Assembly: GCA_965285935.1 (NCBI GenBank)
Contig: OZ260667.1
Span: 25,978,001 to 26,042,000 of the forward strand
Direction of reading: 5' to 3'
Length of the DNA stretch: 64,000 nucleotides
Origin: Ophelia neglecta
Lineage: Eukaryota
Within the stretch, counting starts at the first letter, position 1. Every line of letters begins with the position of its first letter. Both the position numbers and the translations under genes were made by a program. Positions 1 through 10,500 of this stretch are shown here, in pieces. The notes beneath the pieces were generated by a model. That model was not told where the DNA came from. It ran no database searches and saw only the letters and a list, made by a program, of their open reading frames with translations.

Positions 1-940
1 TGATTTTTGAAAAATGTTTGTATTGAGAATTGTCGTGGACCATTACACCATTTTTGATCATACATAAATAGTATATACAAATCTGCTAAGTTTAACAGTT
101 ATTTCTTGTGTTTTAATTCGTAGTTTTCTAGATTTCAAGAACTCTTTTAATTGCGTTCATCTAAATAATTGAAATTGCCTGTAAAAGCAACTACATTAGG
201 TACGATATATAAATAATGTCTACGGTACAATAGTCATTGGGGATTAGAATCTTACTGTAACTGACTTGTTTTTCTTTTCTTATTTTATGGTTTAAGTGCC
301 ATTTTACATATTTTCTCTAGAAAACTTCAGCAAGAGTGTGTAACTAGTTGGGCCCTTAACAGCTTGACATTCTCTTGGCAGAAATACCATCCCGCATTTA
401 TATGCAAATTAATTTCTCGGCTCGATCGTTGAAAATCAATGCAAAGTTGTACATTTCGAAATGATGCTGTAGAAGATACATGCACTTTAACACATAAGCT
501 TTCAAAGAGACATATATAACATGATAGGGAGTCCTATTATAGATTGTATGAAATAGTAAAATTAACTTTGCAAAAACCTTAAGACAACCTTAAGTGCAAA
601 TTCTCCCAGACGCATACATTTTTTTCCCTGTAAAAATATTTTCCAATACCTCGATATTCTGTTCGTTAAAAGATCCAAATGCTGTCAATTTTTGCCTTAC
701 AAATAGTTTGCAGCACCCTTTGTACAGGAACAAAAGGTATTTGAATGCGCACGAACAAAAATTAACCAGTTTCTCGCCTATCGATTGCAACCGCAACCCC
801 ATAGATCTGACATGGTCCGTCTTTAGGGATATTATGTCGACAAGGTGAATAACCGTGAAAGGCAGAAAATGAAACTCTGCCAGAAATAAGTTAAGTCTAA
901 TTCCATTGGCAGAGAAAACACAAGAGGAAGATTAGTACAC

Positions 941-1133
941 TAATCCAGCGATGAAACCTCGTTACTATCCAGTAATCCCGAAGATCATAGCGCTAATCCG
1001 TTTATGTCCCAGCATGCTGAGCGGGTCCCATCTGCCGGGAGCTTTGACCGGGATATGTAGCAAGTTGCTATGGTTACCACTTTAATTGGGGCCTTATCAC
1101 GAATTACCTGGAACTCCCAGTACTAGTAAACAA
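941..1133. promoter_or_regulatory. Candidate enhancer (3x TAATCC, RFX X-box, forkhead site)
   Basis: TAATCC at 941, 973 and 994, GTTGCTATGGTTAC at 1064..1077, GTAAACAA at 1126..1133. Motif matches only. Confidence 0.35.
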
Positions 1134-3318
1134 TAAAATGGGATGCTATGTGTGTTTTTACTTTGAAGTCAGAAACGGTATGGGCGAAGCGATATATGGA
1201 ACAGTTTAAAAGCTCCATATTGCACTTTGAATTAAAAATTTATAAATTGGAGAGCGGATTTGTCGAAGTGATTGATCAAAACACACTATTCCATACACTT
1301 CAGACTGTTTCTTAGTGCAATGTAATTTGAGAAATATCGTTCCACAAATACTATTTTTGGTTACCCAGACATCATGAAAATTATTTGAATATATTCTACC
1401 ACTATTACTTATAGAGTGTTCGCCAACTATTAGCAAACAACTGCCCTGCTTACCAAAGTGGAATTAAATTCATCTGAATAAAAATATTATCCATCGGATG
1501 GCATCCTACCAGTTATTAAACAAGAATAATGAAGGCATGCTTAAGGATAGAATTATAAGGATAGCGGTTTTGAGAAAGACTCGGCAATTGTAGAAGCACT
1601 AATGGATGAATGCCGGACACCATTATTTGATGGGCTCTGCTCTGCTTTGCAAGTGATGATGGGACAAAATCAATTAGGATAAAACCAATTAATCAATGAC
1701 TTTCCTTTAATTAAATTAAGGAAATAATGACTATTACAGTTGTATATGCGTTTTATACGTTATATAGATATAACAGCTCGGGTATAATTATCTGCTTGTT
1801 ATTGAATAAAACATTTCAGACTATATTATCAATTGTAAATGTATTGACGTGTGATTTGCTTTAACTGCCATCCTTAAGCTTTGAGCTATATCCAGTATCC
1901 ATCTTTCCATCGAGACACTGTAAAGTTCATTTATGTTTTCGATGCTTAGTTATGGTATGGCTTCATGTTCATGTAGTTCTCGAACAATACGTGCACAGAC
2001 TGAGCCACTAATCATATCCGTTTACTACAAAAACATGAGAATACAAGTGAAGCCAAATCTCCAATATACAAACAAGAAGTGCCAAAGAAAAGGGTTGATG
2101 GCTCTGGCTAGTTGAAAGGGGCTCAGGCCTGGATTACTACACTAGACAGCTACATCCCCGGGGACACTAGGACCTGCTGGCTGCTATTATCAGTGATTTA
2201 CAATTCAATATGGTCCGTGAGGGATGAATAAAACGCATTGTGAGGTCCACGAGTAATGCTTCAATTGGTCTTGTGCTTTAAATTGTATTGTGATTGTTGG
2301 GAGGTACCATGTTTTATATTCTCTCTGGAGCATTAAGAGAACAAAAGTTATGTTTTACAAGTTGAAGTTCATGCCATAGTTAGCTCTAAGGTACTTGCTT
2401 CTAGGTGGCGGTTGAGGCGTCTCTTTTGTGTGTATTTCCTGATGGGAGAATTTAAAACATAGCTTCAACATTCCAATGGTTCCATACGAAACACCTTTGT
2501 TCATCAAATCAACACGCACAGGTAATAATCAATGATGTTTTTTCATGTCCTTAAGTAAGTGCTGTAGACAACGTGTGTGCTATTGGATCTGCTGCGGACT
2601 TAATGCCTAGAAACTTCTGCCGCTCACCTCCTCGGCACTGAATTGGCAGGTGATTCTGTTGAAAATTAGCTGGTGATTAATTCTATTCAATTATCCCCTG
2701 CATGTCGGCATCGCTTTGATGTCTGCCCACATGCCAATTAGATTTGAACCCATATGTGGCCACTTTGAAGTGCGTTGACTTTTTCCCAGAAACGAAAATT
2801 GTTTTGATGAAGTGTTTATTTGATTTTCATTCGAAAACTTTTGTGTCTGTCAACGTATCCCAGTGTGCCAGAGAGACACACACACCTATACAACCCTTTC
2901 CCTGCGCCTAACACGTGTCAAAATTGGCAGGTCTTTCAGCTGATGGCACATTAAGGTTCATTGAGAACAATTATTCTTGGTCTGCATTTGGCATTGTGTG
3001 GACATACTCTTAATTCGTGTTGCTAGAAATACTGAGCGATTGGTTTCGGTTTACATATCTATTATAATTGGATTACATTATCTGTATGTGTTTATCCATC
3101 TCTTATTAAGTTGTCCAGACATCCCACCAAGAGAAATGAGAAGCACAAATAGTCGGAAATAATCCCAAGAAAATCCCTCACAAACAACGAGTACTTATCC
3201 TTTAGAAAGTACATAACTATATTTGAAAAGGTATCAAGTGCGATGATACGCCATGCTGCTGGAAAAGAACATCTATGATGAAAAATGTCATTACATCATT
3301 AAATGGGTCAGTGACGCT

Positions 3319-3324
3319 TTTATT
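3319..3324 (-). promoter_or_regulatory. Possible polyadenylation signal of paralog 1
   Basis: AATAAA on the minus strand ~550 nt after the stop. Common by chance in AT-rich DNA. Confidence 0.25.
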
Positions 3325-3874
3325 GTGACATAAGTCCTTCTGGGCACGATTTTCGTAATACTATGCCAGAAGAGAGATTTTAATTTTGCCTTCCAGAAAC
3401 TCGAATTGATATGTGTTAATATACGTGACATAAATTGGCAAGGAGTATAAAGACACCTGCAATTCATTGAGCACTGTTATGTAATTAAAATATCAGCAAT
3501 TGCAGATAAAACATGAAAAGTAGATTTATAAGATAATTCATGGTAAACTCTCAACAGACATCATCCAGTTCCAAGCTGATTTCATAGAAAGATTATTTAC
3601 ATCTGTTCGATGAAAAGACATTAGGTATACTAATAGTGTATTGAAATTTACCAATGAAATCGCATAAAACACTGTGAGATTACGATGGACGTTTTACAAG
3701 GAAACAGGGGCTATAGTTATCTACGATGGTCAAAACGAAAAAATCAAAACCTTGTTATCTATATCGTTAAAAAGTCTTGGATAGGCATTTGTGTGACCAA
3801 CAATTTAGATTCACATGTTACACAGGAACATGCATAATAACTGGTCCTCTCAATAAATTGCTCCTTGCCAGACG

Positions 3875-4541
3875 TCACCTCCTATCACTTAGTGCCGTTT
3901 GAAAGTCACCGGTTAGTCCATTACTCGTGGTAGAGTTAGGCGATGCAGTACAGGGAGCAGGTGACAAAACCTGATCTGACAAGAGATCAGGACTTGAAGT
4001 TTTACCATGTAAAGTTTTATCAGCAACGTCACTCAGGCAGCCAGTGAGCTCTTGCTCTTTTGACTTCTGCAGTGGTGTTTCAGCTTTGAAAGTCTCGAAT
4101 GACTTTAAACCTTCATAGAGAAAGTGTTCACATCCATCATCTCCATCGTTGCTGTGGTGTGGCAGAGTTCTCGCAGCGCACTGAGGAACACATCGTAGAC
4201 TCTCCCGGCTGGCTGCGATGCTTTTACCCCACAAGTGATTCCCTCCTCCAACGTGACTGGGACGATCATCCGGGGTTGAAACACCGACAGAACCCAGGAT
4301 GATGTTGCTGGGACAGTCTTCACGGGATCCTGTGCCGTGCATTTCACAAATATCGGCGTAGTTTACGCAATTAGCACGGATGTGCGGAAGTGGCTTATTG
4401 AGCATCGGGAGTCTCTCTTCGTGGCCACGCGCAGACACTATCTGGTGCGATATGGTGTGGGTGTGGCCGTAAGGATCCTCCAGCACTTGTACTTTAGTTC
4501 GAGGTGTAGGCACAGAACCTCTACGACCATTCCTGAGGCGT
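3875..4541 (-). CDS. Paralog 1 exon 9: cytoplasmic tail
   Basis: Contains track ORF 3875..4513, extended to the tttgaag acceptor. Shares EDPYGHT, HEERLPML, YxDICEMH and SSPDL with paralog 2. Confidence 0.88.
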
Positions 4542-7500
4542 CTTCAAAGAAGAAGAATACCAAACAAAAATGATAATAAACACATAGCAATACAAGGAAA
4601 TCAACTCAATTTATAAGATATTATCAATATGAATAAAAATAACAATTATGTCAATTATGCATATAAATAAAGTGTCTTACGTTTTTATACGTGTGAATGG
4701 AGGTTTGCTAAGTAGGCCCTATCACAATATAATATACAAATAGAGTTATCGAGATATATGCGCATGCATGGCAATTTTTCCCGATGGACTGAGAAAAAAC
4801 CGAACATTATTTACCTTCTGATGAAAAGCACACAGAGAACCATGATTGCCATGTACACAACGATCAGCAGGGCCACGCCGAAAATAATAACTATCGACAT
4901 ACCTGGAGGAGAAAAATATAATGACAACATGCAAAACATTTTATATATTAACATTTATATATTTACTTCAAGGTTCAGCCACCGAGATAGAGCTACCGAT
5001 GCGACAACTGGTTGTGACATGAGGGCAGGGCTGGGAGACAGGGGTGAAATAGGCTACTCTTAGTATCCGTGTACCCACATATTTCCTTACTCGTCACGGA
5101 TCAATATTCAGCAACCAAACAGTCTCGTACAAAGTGAAAATACTCCGTGACAATGAGTATAGACCAGGCAAAGACCCGCAGTTTGTGAATAATGACAATT
5201 TGTAATTTACCATTCGAAATTACAATCAAACAACACTTATACCTGTTACTTGCATCCTAAATTGTCCCAGAACAAAGCTGAATTGTTTTTTTCTGTATTT
5301 TAATATGCATGATTATCTATATAAGGTCATTTGATAAAAAATGGATTCAGATATCATGCAAAAGGATTTTGCCATATTGTAAAATTACGTCAATTTGATA
5401 GAGTTAATGACACATCCTAAGAGAAATTTATACTAATTGACTCCACAGGTATGCATGGAAGTGTTCGTCTCATTTAGACACTAAGCAAATGCATTGTTAA
5501 TCGGAAAAAACGTGACATTAACACAAATCACGGAAAGAGGGGTTCAAATAGTATCGAAATACGTGATCAAAAGATGTCTCACCGTGTTTGTAATGATCAA
5601 CGCAGTACACTACCACAACTTAATACATGACATAAAACCGATGGTCGGGATAAGGACATATCGGCATTAACACGCACTCTCTGGACGGACTCTAATAAAA
5701 CTGCATCCAGCAAATAATACATTCAAAGTAATGCCATTGTACTTATGAGCAACTAAATTTAAAATTCAAAAACCATTAGTCAGACCGCCCAATATGAATT
5801 GTTTCTTCAACCTTTGCACAGTTACTGTAATTCTATTATTAAAAATATTTTCTTGATCGATATTCCCTTTAACAGGTATAAATGTACCAAATGTGGGAAT
5901 TTGAACTCCGCCTGGTACATCTCTGAATATTTCGGGCGTGTCATCTTCTAGAGTTTTCTCAGCAACTGAAAAAGAAACATTTAATATATAATTTGTTTAA
6001 AACTAATAAAGGGTTAGAAGTTACCAAACGACAATAATTAATATCATAATGATATGAAAATGGATGTTTTGGTTGTAATAGATCTATGAGTCATTCGTAT
6101 AGATTTTCATCTTTACTAATTTAAAGTCTGATTCTATCTGTACCGAACGGAAGGTCTTAACTGCGAGATGCGGCATGGCTTTAGCTTTGGAATACCCACA
6201 AGTTGCTTTTATTGTACCATACTATTGCATGAAGGTTATTCAAACCAACGGAGCCACAATAGGTAAGCAGAAACAGGCACTTTGTTGTTTTTGTAATTCA
6301 CCATTTTATTGAATCTGATACCATCCCTCAGTAAATTGATATCTACACATTGGCGCCATCAACACTGAGTGCACAGTTCCACCTAACACATACACAAATA
6401 TGTATTGTATATCGAACACATTGTAGTTACGGTTCATCTCAATGCTCCAAGCTGGCCTGAGGCAGATTGGAAGGATGAAAGTCACCGCGCAGTTGGTTGA
6501 GTTTGTTTGAAAAGCCACTAAATGAAGTTCATCCTATAACGGGCATTTAACTAAACTGTAGTCGAACCTGCTCAGCCTGCATGGAACAGTTTTTAATGTT
6601 GCATGCATCAATAGGTGATAATCTTATATTCGGGAACATTTTATTAAACCATACACCTATTGGCAAAGCGATAATTTATAGTCTTGCAATCAAAAAGGTA
6701 TTTCATTCAATGTTTCAAGGGACAGTTGCATAGTTCTAGTTATTTCTACGGTGTCATTGTTAATGAATTGATTTAATTTTAGGAAGGCAAGCCTACCTTC
6801 CTCGTGAAGGTTGTCCGCTTGTAATTCGATAATTAATTACACCCAGTGTTTTTTATATTTTCATAGGTTTACAACTACAATAGTTGGACTGGCAAATTCA
6901 CAGTATAAAAAAGTTAAATAATCAGTAACAATTAGTTACTCACCCAGGTGTGAGCAGTTTTTGAGGTCACCGATCCACTCATTATTCCGACATCTGAGCA
7001 AGAATGACTCTCTTGTGGCGTTACATGTTATAAACAAAGCGTCGTCTTCCTGTCGGGAGTATGTCCCGTGTGGTAACGGAATGACTGGACAGCCCACTAC
7101 TGTGAATCAATAAAATAATAAAGTATGTAACTCTACACTCATAAATAATCTATTGTCTGATAGTGATGTCTTTAGACAGTGGTCTGCTGGCCCAAGACTA
7201 TTAGTTTCAAGGCTGGGCAGTTAGATTTTGCCTAAACAGGAGCAACATTTTCCTCTGTTTGCCTAATTATCATGACCTGCACGGGCTATTAGATTTTTTT
7301 GGGATTGTCCACCACTGATATAAGTATTTAGTCCAAGTTGTAAGTGAAACCATATGGTTGTATCAGAAGCAACATGACATACCTTGATACTTGATAAGGA
7401 ACTTCGCAGACTGTGTAGCGACAAGTCTAAGGTTGACTTGGCTTGTCCGGGAAAAGTAGATATGTTTCACTCTAGTCTCCCCGCCGCATACTGTGATACT

Positions 7501-10500
7501 GTTACCAATACGAGGCTCTTCAATGATGGCGTACTGCTGACAGAACTGACGGCTCCGGCTGTAAACGCTACCTGCAAATAAGGACAATATCCAGGGCAAA
7601 TAAGCAGGTTATAAAAAAAATGTCCACCCCACACAAAAGCAATTTTCTGACATCGAAACTTCACTCCCCCTCCTCCCATCAACATATTTTATGGATTATG
7701 TTTGGCCTCATAATCCCAGGGGCGGGTCGCTAAGAACCATGACCTTGCGTCCGAGCCTATGGTTACTGGTATGCTCCGAATGTTTTGACCCCATTTGTGG
7801 CATTCTGTATATTTTATGATCATTGGAACATTCTTTCTTTTAAGCCTCCATTTTCTGACTGGAGGCAAATTTCGTCGGGTGCGGGTATGCTCCAGAGGTT
7901 TATAACAGTTAATTTCGGCCAGAAAACGACCCGCTCGCAATTTGGTTCAAGTCCGTTTCGAGCGCACCCCAGTATCGTGAATATGTTTTTGTGAACTAGG
8001 TATACAACTACGAAAGCAACCGCAGTTTAGATCCGCACTTTTCGAATTCTTTCCGATCATTTATAACCAACATTTTATGCTTCCCAAGTCTTTTACGCCC
8101 TCCATTTTAGTTTGGTACAGATGTTTAAGTGTCAATTTATTTCCTGCCATGGAGCATACCTTAACAAAAGGCCGCCCAATGCGGAGAGGGTACTACTTAG
8201 AATAAGACCACCTGAAAAAAAACGACACACAGCCACGTTCTTCAGGATAAATCTTAAACTTACCGTTTCCTAAAGAGAAATCAATCATTGTGATGTTGAT
8301 TTTTTGACCTGGGGGAAAGGAAAACTCGTAGACACAGTGATGGGATCCGGGTGGGTGGAGTGTACTCGAAATGTAACCAGCTGCAGTTGTGACATTGTAA
8401 CGTCTGTTTCGCCTGCACACAAATCTTTGAACTGGAAACCAAGAAAAACAGTGCAAAAGATTTCTGAAAAATCAAAGTACATAACATGGAGAATGTCGAT
8501 TATTCTAATCGTATTCTGCTTTACCCACTGCAGATATAATTCGAGCCTGACCTTTGACACAGCTGTAGTCGGCTTCTAGGTAAGAGGAAAAATCCAGAGG
8601 ACACGGTTTGGTTCTCACCAGAACTTGGTCGGAGACACTCAATGCGCATCGCTGTCTTCCGGAACAAGCCTCGTCCAACTGACTTATCACGTCTTTGGAA
8701 CAACCCACGTGACCATAGTTCCGCGTTACGCACCTTGATAATACAACAGAATACATTCATGTATGTGATAAAGTAATATCAGATGTATAAAGTACATAAC
8801 TGGTCGATGAAAGAAATGGACAAGATAAATTAGAAAATGGTCAAAGACAGGCATGGGAACAAATGACAACCACAAACCAAATTCATTGTAACCTTTTCAA
8901 TGCGAATGTTTACTAATCTGACATCCATGTCTATCTACACCTACCTGCCTAAAGCTATGCGACCGAATCGCGCATGCTCCATGACAATAACCTGACCCCC
9001 GTCACATCCGGCTGAGAAGGATTCCGTCACACAGTACTCGTTACAAGCTGTAAGACAAAGTTCCAAAATGTACAGTCTGATATGTTTTCTCAACGTAAAC
9101 ACAATATTGGTTAAACTGTTGTATTGAATGAAATAACTTTGCTTTACATAGTAATCTTGTGCCTAAATTAATAATAAAAGAGAAAGTTAGGCGTCAATAT
9201 TGAATTTTATAGAAACAAACTGCATGGCTTCAGCCTTACTGGAACTAAGTTACATCAACATTAAATCTAGTGAAGCCTGAGGGTCAATGGACTTTGGGCC
9301 ACTAAGAAACCCCCTTTTGCCGTGTTGTTTAGGTAAAAGTTCCTTCTTTTTAGTAAAATTTGTCCAATCTACCAATATCTTGTGGTGTGGTTTGGTTTTA
9401 TGCCAAACGACTTGTAAAATGTAAATCCTTTCTATTGGTTATCGTATATAAGATTGTAGTGTTTGAATTTATCAAGTTGGCCTTTACTAGCCGTCCATGT
9501 ACAACTATTTTATATATTCTATAACATTGGTTTTCCATGTATTGTAACCTACTGGCTCCATACATTTTTCGTGATATCATGCCTCGGATATACAATCCTA
9601 TGCCTACAATATCTTTAATTAACAAATAGGTGTAGCTCTGCATAGAATAATATTGGGAACAGTCTGCGGTTTTGAGAATTGCCCACCCACAATCAATACG
9701 TCTCTTTGATTTAAGGTTCATTACCAATTTGGCAAGCACCTGTCATCGATTGAGCTAATACCGGACGGTTTTATTTGGCTCAATCACCGAGCAGAGATTA
9801 ATGTTGATATGAACAGCTTCCTTTCACATCTACCCGCTTGAGCCGTTTATGAAAACATCGACACGAGTTAGGCAAATTTTGCAAATGACCATCATAAAGG
9901 CAACATTCCAGAAAATTAGCATTTGAAAAGAAATAAGAATCGTCGATAAAATGAATAAAAGAATAAGGATAATTCAAAGTGACAGTAATATAGGGAGCAA
10001 TTTAAATATGAAGGCCAGGAAATTGGTAAGCACCGTTTTTCTTTCTGGATCAACACATATGACTTGTTTGAAATACATTGGCAGCGAACTCCGGAGATGC
10101 ACTTGGAGATGTCAATTGACGCATCTGACGAAACGTTCTCGAATATTCGCGTAACTTATACTTGTTCGGTGATTTCCCGGCGGAGTAATATTTCTCAGCG
10201 TCATGATGATAAGACATATTTCGTGCAAGGATACGACTGGGTCGGCTTCTTGGTGGGAAACTGTCAGTTAAAGATCCGCCATTGACAGGGCAGACGGCAT
10301 ATCGCCTCCCACATTATACAAAAGACGACACCATTTCAAGTGAATAACATTGGCGAGACACTTTCCCGCAGACGACAAAGAGTGTCTGGAAACACATCTG
10401 CAATCGTGACAGTTATATACTGTAAATCCCTTATATTTCGCGAGTCTCTCATTTCGCGAAATTAGAAGGCTCGCGAAAATGACAGGCCAAGTGAGGACCA

